A DNA stretch of 64,000 bases from Candidatus Eiseniibacteriota bacterium (GTDB taxonomy: Bacteria > Eisenbacteria > RBG-16-71-46). The notes below the pieces were generated by a model that worked only from the letters and a program-made list of their open reading frames with translations, did no database searches and had not been told where the DNA came from. The stretch lies in assembly GCA_031370785.1 (NCBI GenBank), contig JANMQY010000016.1:32001-96000 (forward strand). The letters are read 5' to 3'. Below are positions 37,945-46,273 of the stretch, one piece after another (the stretch's first letter is position 1; each line of letters opens with the position of its first letter). The translations under genes were made by a program, and so were the position numbers.

Positions 37945-40256
37945 GACTGCGCGCCCTTCTCTTCGCGCTCGAGAACGCGCACCAGCGCCTCGACCACCTG
38001 CGGATCGAACTGCGAGCCGCACTCGCGGCGCAGCTCCGTAATCGCCTGCTCCTGTGAGCGCGGCGAGCGGTAGGCGCGTTCGTGGGTCATGCTCTCGTAC
38101 GCGTCGACCACAGCCAGCACGCGCCCGCCGAGCGGAATGGCTTCGCCGCGCAGGCCGCGCGGATAACCGGTGCCGTCCCAGCGCTCGTGATGGGTCAGGA
38201 TCAGCTCGCGAACCTGCCCGAGATAATCGAGCGGCCGGATGATCTCGACACTGGTCTCGGGATGGCTCGCCAGCGCCTGGATCTGCTCGAATCCGAGCGC
38301 GCCCGGGCCGCCGACACGGTCGTGCAGCCGGGTCATGCCCAGGTCGTGAATGCTCGCGACGTAGCCGATGAGATCGGCCTCGGCCTCGGGAAGTCCGAGC
38401 TCGCGGGACACCGCGCGCGCGAGATGCACCAGGTCGTGCCCGCCCAGCTGGAACTCGCGCTTGAGCCTGGTGACGCTCTGCACCGCCTCGACCGCCTCGG
38501 TCACGATGCGCGGCGACTCAGGGTGTGCGACCGCCCGTTCGACCGCACTCGCCACGCGATCGATCAAAGCCGAGAGCACCGAGAGGTCGTCTTCGTCGAA
38601 CGGCTCCCCGGAGATCTTGTTGTTCACGTTGAACACACCGAGCACTTCACCCTGCACGCGCAGAGGCGAACACAGCAGCGACTTGGTCTTGTACTGCGGG
38701 TGATTCAGCCGGCGGAAGCGCCGATCGGTTTCGATGTTGTTGACCAGCAGCGGCCGGCCCCAGGCGGCGACCGAGCCAGCAACGCCCGAGCGCACCGAGG
38801 TGCGCCGGCCGAGCAGATTCTGGCCTTCCAGTCCCCGCGAGGTCGCAATGAACAGATCTCCGTGATCTGGATCCACCAGCATCAGCGACACGATGTCGGC
38901 GTCCATCGAGGCGGCCAGCATCTCGACCGTGTGATCGAACAGGTCGCGCAGGTCTCCGCGGATCCAGACCTGCCGGGCGATGCGGCGCGCGCGCGGGCTG
39001 GCCAGCTGACGCACCGGCATTGAGAAGCAGAAACGCGTGCCGTGCGGCTGGAGCGGCTGGACCCAGATGCGTCCGCCGTGCAGTTCGACGATGCCACGTG
39101 CGATCGCAAGCCCCAGTCCGGTGCCTTCGATCTCCTTCTCGCTGACGTTGCGCGCGCGGAAGAAACGCTCGAACACGTGCGGGACGTCGTCGGGCGGGAT
39201 TCCGGGGCCCTCATCCTCCACGAAGCCGGACCACTCCTCGCCGCGCTCGCTGGCCTGAATGCGAATCTTCCCGCCGGCAGGCGAGAACTTGATCGCGTTC
39301 CCCACCAGATTGATGAGCAGGCGGCGCAGCAGGTCGGGATCGGCCTCGGGGCTCAGGGTGGACTCGATCTCGAGATCGAACTTCACCTCACGCGCCCGGC
39401 TCTGGGTCAGGAGTCCGTCGAGGATCTCGCGCACCATGCCGTCCAGCCCCAGCCGCGCCAGACGCAACGGTCGCTGACCCGCCTCGAGCCGCGAGAGGTC
39501 GAGGATGTCGGTGACCAGCCGGGTGAGCCGGTCGCACTCGTCGTTGATGATGCCGAGGAAACGTTCGCGCGGCGCGTGCGGGTTGGTGAGGTTGTCGAGC
39601 ATCGCCTCGGTGTATGCCTTGATCGCGGTGAGCGGGCTCTTGATCTCGTGCGCGACCACCGACATCAGGCTCGACGAGGCTTCCTCGCCTTCATTCATGC
39701 GCTGCTCGAGCGTGTCGCTGCGCTGGCGCTCCTCCTGCAGAGTCCGCTTGAGCGCATCCCGCTCCAGGGTGAGCGCCATCGCGTCGGCAAGCGTCTGGGC
39801 TACGGTCCGGTCGGCGGCGGTGAACAGTCGAGGCGCGGTGAAGGCGAGCAACAGCACGCCCTGGGCGTGTCCGCCGGAGAGCAGCGGCAGGGTCACGAGC
39901 GCCGCCGGCGGATCGAGCCACAGCCCGCTCTCGCGCGGCGCGGGCGCGGAACCGTCATCGAAGGTGGGTGCATTGTCGCGCAGCGCGCGCTCGACCGGGC
40001 CATCGGAATCCGGCAGGCACGGCGTCTCGACTCCCGACTCGTCGAGCGCGCGCAGCGCACCGGTACGGGTGTCGAGGTGGAGCAGGCGGTAGTCGCTCGC
40101 ATCGAGCGCGCGCATCGCGCACACCCCTGCGATCGCGCACGCGGTTCCCAGGTCGCCGGTGCTGCGCAGCGCGAGCAGCGCCTGCGCGAGCAGGGCGAGT
40201 CCCTCGGCCGGACCGACTTCCGAGGCCGTGAGGTTGCGCGTGCTGGCCACTGCCAT
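37941..40256 (-). CDS. GAF-histidine kinase-GAF-HD-GYP fusion protein (paralog of the downstream gene)
   Basis: AHEIKSPL, GNAIKF, EDEGPG, GTGLGL; GAF (GVAGSVA...GVFNVNNK); HDLG, HHERWDGTGYP, QFDP. Confidence 0.88.
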   Translation of the reverse strand: MAVASTRNLTASEVGPAEGLALLAQALLALRSTGDLGTACAIAGVCAMRALDASDYRLLHLDTRTGALRALDESGVETPCLPDSDGPVERALRDNAPTFDDGSAPAPRESGLWLDPPAALVTLPLLSGGHAQGVLLLAFTAPRLFTAADRTVAQTLADAMALTLERDALKRTLQEERQRSDTLEQRMNEGEEASSSLMSVVAHEIKSPLTAIKAYTEAMLDNLTNPHAPRERFLGIINDECDRLTRLVTDILDLSRLEAGQRPLRLARLGLDGMVREILDGLLTQSRAREVKFDLEIESTLSPEADPDLLRRLLINLVGNAIKFSPAGGKIRIQASERGEEWSGFVEDEGPGIPPDDVPHVFERFFRARNVSEKEIEGTGLGLAIARGIVELHGGRIWVQPLQPHGTRFCFSMPVRQLASPRARRIARQVWIRGDLRDLFDHTVEMLAASMDADIVSLMLVDPDHGDLFIATSRGLEGQNLLGRRTSVRSGVAGSVAAWGRPLLVNNIETDRRFRRLNHPQYKTKSLLCSPLRVQGEVLGVFNVNNKISGEPFDEDDLSVLSALIDRVASAVERAVAHPESPRIVTEAVEAVQSVTRLKREFQLGGHDLVHLARAVSRELGLPEAEADLIGYVASIHDLGMTRLHDRVGGPGALGFEQIQALASHPETSVEIIRPLDYLGQVRELILTHHERWDGTGYPRGLRGEAIPLGGRVLAVVDAYESMTHERAYRSPRSQEQAITELRRECGSQFDPQVVEALVRVLEREEKGAQS

Positions 40257-40278
40257 GTGCGACTCCCTTTGAAGAGCC

Positions 40279-41241
40279 TTAGGCGACGTTCTGATCCGAC
40301 TCGGCGTCGTCTTCGCTGCGGCGGTCACCGACGAGTACGCTGCCCGGAATTCCCTTGCCGTGCGCCTTGAGCTCCTGCGCGATGTCGTTGAGCTGCGCCA
40401 GGTGAGAGACCGGCATCCGGTCGGTACTGACCAGCGCGATGGTGAGACTCATCAGCGGCAGGCGCTCGACGACATGCCGGCGATTGATCACTTCGACGTA
40501 GTTGCGCTCGAAATCGGCCGGGTCGTACAGCGACGGCAGCGTGCGATTGAATTCCTCGATCACGCTGCGGCCGAGCGCCTCGGCGTGCTCCGGCGCGGTC
40601 AGCACCACGAAGTCGTCGCCACCGATGTGGCCGACGAAGTTCGCATCGCCGCCATGCTTCTGCGCCGCATCCACCAGCAGGCGCGCCACGGTCTGGATCG
40701 CCTGGTCGCCACGCGCATAGCCGTAGTGGTCGTTGAAAGCCTTGAAGTAGTCGACGTCGATCTGGAGCAGCGCGAAAGGCATGTTGCTGTCGAGTAGCCG
40801 CGTCAGCTCGTCACTGATCGAGTGATTGCCGGGCAACCCGGTCAGCGGGCTCGCCGCGCGCTGCTGCTTGCTCCATTCCAGCACGTTGCGGATGCGGAGC
40901 ATCAGCTCCTTGGATTCCCACGGCTTGGTGACGTAGTCGTTGGCGCCGTTCTCGAGACCCAGAACCTTGTCGGCGTTCTCGCTTTTGGCGGTCAGCAGGA
41001 TGATCGGGATGTGGCGGGTGGCGAACGTCGAGCGCAGCTCGCGACACACCGAGAATCCGTCGCGGCGCGGCATCATGAGATCGCACAGCACGAGATCGGG
41101 CAGCACTTCCACCGCGCGTTCCACGGCCTCCTGGCCGTCGCGCGCCTCGATGACCGCAAAGCCTGCGGCCTCGAGCTGAAAGCGCAACACCTCGCGCAGG
41201 TGAAGCTCGTCCTCGGCAACCAGAATTCGCTGCTGGTTCAC
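40279..41241 (-). CDS. Response regulator with GGDEF domain (GGDDF variant)
   Basis: ILVAEDE, CDLMMP, TKPW; PLTGLPGN, DVDYFKAFNDHYG, GHIGGDDF; GTG start after GGGAGAG. Confidence 0.9.
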   Translation of the reverse strand: MNQQRILVAEDELHLREVLRFQLEAAGFAVIEARDGQEAVERAVEVLPDLVLCDLMMPRRDGFSVCRELRSTFATRHIPIILLTAKSENADKVLGLENGANDYVTKPWESKELMLRIRNVLEWSKQQRAASPLTGLPGNHSISDELTRLLDSNMPFALLQIDVDYFKAFNDHYGYARGDQAIQTVARLLVDAAQKHGGDANFVGHIGGDDFVVLTAPEHAEALGRSVIEEFNRTLPSLYDPADFERNYVEVINRRHVVERLPLMSLTIALVSTDRMPVSHLAQLNDIAQELKAHGKGIPGSVLVGDRRSEDDAESDQNVA

Positions 41242-41307
41242 GCTGATCTCTCCCTGATGGACTGCTTCCTCTGACCCAGGCAGACACACATCGCCACTCC
41301 ACCAGGT

Positions 41308-41323
41308 CGCAATCGCTATGCCA
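41308..41323 (-). promoter_or_regulatory. sigma54 (-24/-12) promoter motif
   Basis: TGGCAT-AGCGA-TTGCG, exact consensus spacing, about 65 nt upstream of the operon start. Confidence 0.7.
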
Positions 41324-41482
41324 TGCAGGACGCCGCGAACACCGCGCCCATTCTCCGGAGCGCGTGATACGCCAGGCGCATGCAGCGACAGAGCTCGCAC
41401 CACCTGAAGCGGGCCACGACCGGCCGTGCACGCTGCACGAAGTCGGCGCGTTCCCCAGGGTGAAAGCTCGCCGTCTCCCGTG

Positions 41483-41509
41483 GTATCGGCCAGCTTCCCG
41501 TCGCCCTGA
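41483..41509 (-). promoter_or_regulatory. sigma28 (FliA/SigD)-like promoter motif
   Basis: TCAG-15 nt-GCCGATAC versus consensus TAAA-N15-GCCGATAA. Confidence 0.5.
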
Positions 41510-41698
41510 AGTGGCGTCACGAGGGGGTGTAAAGGAGGGTTCGGGCTGTTCGGGGGGCGGAGCGGCGGAAAATGACCTTGGGTTCAGGGGAGGCGGGGAT
41601 GCTCGAAGAGGGGATGGGGCGCCGGATCGCGGAGAAACCTCAGAGGAGGAGCTGCCTCATCGAAGTGAGGCGGCCGTCACTCGAGTGGCCGGGCTACC

Positions 41699-42802
41699 TC
41701 AGACCGGCACTTCTCCGACCGCCAGCGGCATGTCCACGATGAAGACACAGCCCTTGCCCGGAATGTCGCGGAACGTGATCTTCCCCCGATCCGCCTCGAT
41801 CGCCTGGCGGCTGATCGCAAGGCCGAGCCCCAGTCCCGCGCGGTCGGATCCCCGCTGTTCGAACGGCCGGAACAACGCGTCGGCTGCTCCCGGCATAAGG
41901 CCGCCGCACTCGTCTTCGACTTCGATCGAAACCCGATCGTCCGTCGAACGGATCCTGACCTTCACGTGGCCACCGATCCGGGTGAACTTGAATGCGTTCT
42001 GGAGCACGTTGGAGATCGCAGAGGCGAAAAGGTGTCGGTCGACATCCACGAGCAGCTTGTTGTCTGCGCGCTCGACACTGAACTGAAGACCGCGTTCCAT
42101 TGCGTCAGCGGAGGCGTTGATCTCCATCTCCTCGATGAACTCCGCCACGCGCAGGCGTTCTTTCTGATGCGTGCCCGAAGCGAGCCGCACCTCCGACACC
42201 GAGCGGTCGACCAGCTCGCGCAGCCCGCGCAGGCTGCGATCGAGCACCTCGAAAGTGCTGCCACTGACGCCGACTTTGCCACTCTTCACCGCCTGAAACG
42301 CGAGCATGGCGGTGTTGAGGTAATTGCGCAGCTCGTGCGCGAAGAAGCCCTGACGCCTGGTCTCCGCACCGGATGAGTCCACGTCGCGCGAGCGCGCATA
42401 CTCGGTCACCGCGCTGGCAATCGCGTTGTCGAGGCACCGATTCAGAGTGCGGAAATCATCGGTGCCGATCGGAAGTTTCAGATCCAGTGCCAGCTCGGTG
42501 ATCGCCTGGCAGATGTCGCCGTAGTCGTGCACGACCTGGGCGATGGTGTACCCCTGCCCGAGCAGGTCAGCGCCGTGCTCGCCCGCGCTCTTCCCCATGG
42601 CGGTGGCATCGGGACTAGTAGGGCTAGGGGAATCCGCGGCGGCTTCCTGCTTCAGGATCACGCCCAACTGGGTGAGGAACAGCGGCACACCGTTCGCGAG
42701 TTCGTGCGTCGTCGCGAGCGGCGCGGCTCTCGCGGCGACCTTCCCCCGCGCGCGCTTGATGATCTCGTCACGTTGCGTTGCGATGAAGCTTTCGAGGTTC
42801 AC
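41699..42802 (-). CDS. Soluble histidine kinase with N-terminal RsbRD_N-like domain
   Basis: EHG...QVVHDYGDICQAIT; AHELRN, QNAFKF, EDECGG, GLGLGL; GTG start after AAGGA. Confidence 0.87.
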   Translation of the reverse strand: MNLESFIATQRDEIIKRARGKVAARAAPLATTHELANGVPLFLTQLGVILKQEAAADSPSPTSPDATAMGKSAGEHGADLLGQGYTIAQVVHDYGDICQAITELALDLKLPIGTDDFRTLNRCLDNAIASAVTEYARSRDVDSSGAETRRQGFFAHELRNYLNTAMLAFQAVKSGKVGVSGSTFEVLDRSLRGLRELVDRSVSEVRLASGTHQKERLRVAEFIEEMEINASADAMERGLQFSVERADNKLLVDVDRHLFASAISNVLQNAFKFTRIGGHVKVRIRSTDDRVSIEVEDECGGLMPGAADALFRPFEQRGSDRAGLGLGLAISRQAIEADRGKITFRDIPGKGCVFIVDMPLAVGEVPV

Positions 42803-42944
42803 TATCCAGTCCTTTTCTGCGGTCTGATTCTGTGCCCTCACAGCATTGTACTCCGTCACTCGCGGAACCAGTACGACTCAATCCTCGGTGGGACATTCTG
42901 GCCGATCGCGCTCGATGAAGTGACTGTTTGCTGGCGAATCAATC

Positions 42945-43991
42945 TCAACTCGGGTTCATTTCCAACCCTGAATCCTCCAGCCCCGCCACCACATCCAGCT
43001 CCGGATCCATGGCATCGCCGCGCTCCAGCATCCACGCGCCGATCAGCGCCACCATCGCCGCATTGTCCGCGCACAGGCGCGGCGATGGGATGCGCAGCAC
43101 GACCCCGCGCCCGGCGCAGGCCACCTCGAGTCGCTCGCGCAGCTCCCGATTGCACGCGACTCCCCCGCCGAGATTCAGCGCGCGCGCGCCGGTCGCATCC
43201 ACTGCGCTCATGGTGCGAGTCACCAGCGTCTCGACCACCGCCGCCTGGAACGAGGCCGCGATGTCGGCAAGAAGGGCGTCCGCGTACGGCGGCTCGCCGT
43301 AGGGCGCGAGCGCCTGAGCGACCGCGGTCTTGAGTCCCGAGAACGAGAAGTCCCAGCCCGGCCGATCCAGCATGGGTCGCGGCAGCGCGAACGCTCTCGG
43401 ATTGCCCTCGCGGGCGAGTGCGTCGATCAGCGGACCTCCGGGGAAGCCGAGGCCGAGTCTCTTCGCCACCTTGTCGTAGGCCTCGCCGGCCGCGTCATCC
43501 CGGGTGCTACCCATCCAGCGATAGCTTCCGAAACCCGCGACTTCGACCAGCTCGGTGTGGCCGCCCGAGACCACCAGCGCAATCGCGGGGTAGGCGCAGG
43601 GTCCGTGTTCCAGCGTGCCCGCGTGCAGATGACCTTCGATGTGATTCACGCCGACCACGGGAATTCCGAGCGCGAGGCCATATGCCTTGGCGAACGCCAC
43701 CCCGACCACCAGCGAACCGACCAGTCCCGGCGCGCGCGTCACCGCAATCGCGGTCAGCGCCGCCGCGGGAACGTCGGCCTCTTCGAGCGCGTGAGCGACC
43801 AGCCCCGGCAGCAGCTCGAGGTGCGCGCGCGAGGCGAGCTCGGGGACCACTCCCCCGTAGAGCCGGTGCACATCCTGGGCGGCGATCAGATGTGCGCGCA
43901 GGGTGCGCCCTCCCTCGAGCACCGCAACCGAGGTGTCGTCGCACGAGGTCTCGATGCCGAGCACCATGCCTGCGTCAAGGGTCCGGCTCAC
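42945..43991 (-). CDS. tsaD: tRNA N6-threonylcarbamoyltransferase TsaD
   Basis: LGIETSCDDT, GGVVPELASRAH, HIEGH, VSGGHT, DDAAGEAYDK, SFSGLKT, DNAAM; GTGA overlap with cutA. Confidence 0.96.
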   Translation of the reverse strand: MSRTLDAGMVLGIETSCDDTSVAVLEGGRTLRAHLIAAQDVHRLYGGVVPELASRAHLELLPGLVAHALEEADVPAAALTAIAVTRAPGLVGSLVVGVAFAKAYGLALGIPVVGVNHIEGHLHAGTLEHGPCAYPAIALVVSGGHTELVEVAGFGSYRWMGSTRDDAAGEAYDKVAKRLGLGFPGGPLIDALAREGNPRAFALPRPMLDRPGWDFSFSGLKTAVAQALAPYGEPPYADALLADIAASFQAAVVETLVTRTMSAVDATGARALNLGGGVACNRELRERLEVACAGRGVVLRIPSPRLCADNAAMVALIGAWMLERGDAMDPELDVVAGLEDSGLEMNPS

Positions 43992-44314
43992 GCCTCGGGC
44001 TCCAGTACTTCCTCGAGCCACGCCATGTACTTTGGCGCGCCGGCCGCGACCCGCACCGCGACACACTCGGGAGTCTCGTAGGGATGCAGCTCGTGAAGCC
44101 GCGAGAGCAGCGCGGTCCAGTCCTGCTTACGCGTCTTCATCAGCACCACGACTTCGCGGGTGTCTTCGATTCCCTTCTTCCAGCGATAGAGCGACCTGGC
44201 GCCGCCCAGCAGGTTCGCGCATGCGATCAGCCGCTCCTCGATGAGGACGCGGGCCACGCGCGCCGCGTCTTCTTCATTGGCGAACGTGGTGAACACCATC
44301 AGGATTTCGGTCAT
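43988..44314 (-). CDS. cutA: Divalent-cation tolerance protein CutA
   Basis: LIACAN, SLYRWK, KT, LHPYETPE. Confidence 0.93.
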   Translation of the reverse strand: MTEILMVFTTFANEEDAARVARVLIEERLIACANLLGGARSLYRWKKGIEDTREVVVLMKTRKQDWTALLSRLHELHPYETPECVAVRVAAGAPKYMAWLEEVLEPEA

Positions 44315-44423
44315 CCTCGAGCCTCGGTTCAGATCCAGTGGTTCGTGTGGAGTGGCGCACGGTCCCCAAGACAACTGTGGATCGGCGCCTTGCCGAAAAT
44401 GGGCGCCAGTGTAGCATTCACGC

Positions 44424-46199
44424 ATGCGAGCGGCCTTTCGAACCTACTGGCGTGTGCGCCACGCTGCCGCGGCTGCGCGCCTTGCACTGGTCGCGGCCTG
44501 CGCGATCCTGCCCCAGTTCGTCGCATCACGCGCGATGCCGGTGCCTGATCCTTCTGATGGCAGTGCGCGCGCTTCGCAGCCCGCACGTACGCTTTTCGAT
44601 TCGGAAGAAGCTGCCGAAGCGGTGCGCACGGGCGCGCTGCCGGCGTTCGTATTCGTCTCGCGCAAACCGCCGCCTGCGGGGCGCGACGAGATCCCGGGGT
44701 TCGGACCGCACGGAAGGACGCTGGTGGTGGGCGGTCGGCTGATAGTCCGCGAGCGCGACGGTTCGGTGCGCGAGCTGCTGAAGCACGGAGCGTTTTTCGA
44801 CGTGAGCCATCCCGCGGTCTCCCCGGAGGCGAGGCGGGTCGCATTCGCAGCGGTTCGCTCGCGCCGCGACGCGTGGCGTATCTGGGTGGTGAATCTCGAC
44901 GGCAGCGGACTGCGCCGGGTCTCTCCCGAGGCTCGCGCGGGCGCGCGGCTGCCCGAGCTGCCACGCATGCTCCTTCGCTTCGACGATCTGCAACCGTGCT
45001 GGACCGGCGCAGACGAGCTGTGTTTCGCGAGCACGCGCTATCCGCAGCGCAGCGAGTACGGCGATCTACCGGTGACGAATCTGTACGTGCTGCGCCTGAG
45101 CGACGGCGCGCTGCGTCGCGTGACTTCGGAGCGCAACGGCGCGGAGACTCCGTTCTACGACGGCGCGAGCGGAGATCTGCTGTTCTCGCGCTGGTGGTTC
45201 AACCGCTGGCGCGCCTCGGACACGGACCTCTCGGGCGTGACCCGTGATGCCGCGGCTGCGCTGCCCGGGGACAGCGTCAACCTGTGGCAACCCATGCGCC
45301 GCGCGGCGGCCTTCGGCGAGAGCCGGCTCGCGGTCGGCGACGCGAGATCGCGCCTGCGCAGCATGGGCTATCAGCCCACGGTGCTGGCCGACGGTTCGAT
45401 CGCGACCGTATACGCGCGCAACCTCGGACTTTCCCCCCGGCCAGGGCCGACCGGGATCTGGATCTACTCGGACCGTTTCGGCGCTCCGCGGCGCCTTGCC
45501 GGAGCGGCGGTCGGCGAGTCGCCAGAGGATCCGTACACTGCCGCAGCAGGCCTCGCGGCGCCTTCCGCGTGCGCGCCGGCCGGGCTGCCGGACGGACGTC
45601 TGCTGTTCGCGTACGACCCGGGCGCGCGCGGCGACTTCGGGATCTGGGTCGCGAATCCCGACGGCGAGCACATGGCACGGGTGGTCGATGTGCCGGACAT
45701 GCTGGAGCTGGATCCGGCTCCGATCGTGAAGCGCAATGGCGGGCGGGACCCCGCAGCGGAAGGGAACGGGCTCGAGCCGCCGGATGCGCCGTTCGCGAGC
45801 GCACTCGATCTCGAGCATCCGCGGCGCACCTTCACCTTCCACGATCTCGACGTATTCGGCGGGGGAGATGGCGCGGGCGGGCGCGGCGATCCGCCCGCAC
45901 GGATCGCGGGCGCAAGGCTCCGATTCTACGCGGCGCTCGCGCGTCCGTTCGCGGTGGGCGGCGACACCGTGGTGCTGGTGCGCGAGGTCCGGGTTGGCGA
46001 GAGCGGCGAAGTGCTGGCAGCCGGACTTCCCGCCGACGCCCCGATGTTCGAGCAGCTGGTGGATTCGGCCGGGCGCGTGCTGCTCTCGGCGCACGGCCCG
46101 GCCCACGTGCGCGGTTTCAACATAGGCAGTCCGCTCCACGAGACGCGCTGCATCGGGTGCCACGTGGGGCACTCCGCGATTCCGGTCCCCGAGCGCTGA
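44424..46199 (+). CDS. HzsA-related (hydrazine synthase alpha-like) TolB-type beta-propeller with C-terminal CxxCH
   Basis: N-terminal hydrophobic segment; PD40-like repeats (DVSHPAVSPEARRVAF, FASTR, NLY); LPADAPMFEQLVD; RCIGCH. Start uncertain. Confidence 0.7.
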   Translation: MRAAFRTYWRVRHAAAAARLALVAACAILPQFVASRAMPVPDPSDGSARASQPARTLFDSEEAAEAVRTGALPAFVFVSRKPPPAGRDEIPGFGPHGRTLVVGGRLIVRERDGSVRELLKHGAFFDVSHPAVSPEARRVAFAAVRSRRDAWRIWVVNLDGSGLRRVSPEARAGARLPELPRMLLRFDDLQPCWTGADELCFASTRYPQRSEYGDLPVTNLYVLRLSDGALRRVTSERNGAETPFYDGASGDLLFSRWWFNRWRASDTDLSGVTRDAAAALPGDSVNLWQPMRRAAAFGESRLAVGDARSRLRSMGYQPTVLADGSIATVYARNLGLSPRPGPTGIWIYSDRFGAPRRLAGAAVGESPEDPYTAAAGLAAPSACAPAGLPDGRLLFAYDPGARGDFGIWVANPDGEHMARVVDVPDMLELDPAPIVKRNGGRDPAAEGNGLEPPDAPFASALDLEHPRRTFTFHDLDVFGGGDGAGGRGDPPARIAGARLRFYAALARPFAVGGDTVVLVREVRVGESGEVLAAGLPADAPMFEQLVDSAGRVLLSAHGPAHVRGFNIGSPLHETRCIGCHVGHSAIPVPER

Positions 46200-46263
46200 G
46201 CGGTCGCACTTCCGGCTACCCTGCGCCGAGCGATCTCACTTCCCGCTGCCCTGCGCTGAGCGG
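46193..46263. repeat. Degenerate 30-bp tandem repeat (about 2.4 copies) between convergent genes
   Basis: gcgctgagcggtcgcacttccggctaccct / gcgccgagcgatctcacttcccgctgccct / gcgctgagcgg. Confidence 0.65.
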
Positions 46264-46273
46264 CGGCCCGTCC

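Noticed and set aside
44424..46199. Anammox hydrazine synthase
   Set aside because: No hzsB/hzsC, only one CxxCH, and shorter than true HzsA.
46193..46263. Mini CRISPR array
   Set aside because: Contiguous tandem units without spacers, and no cas genes.
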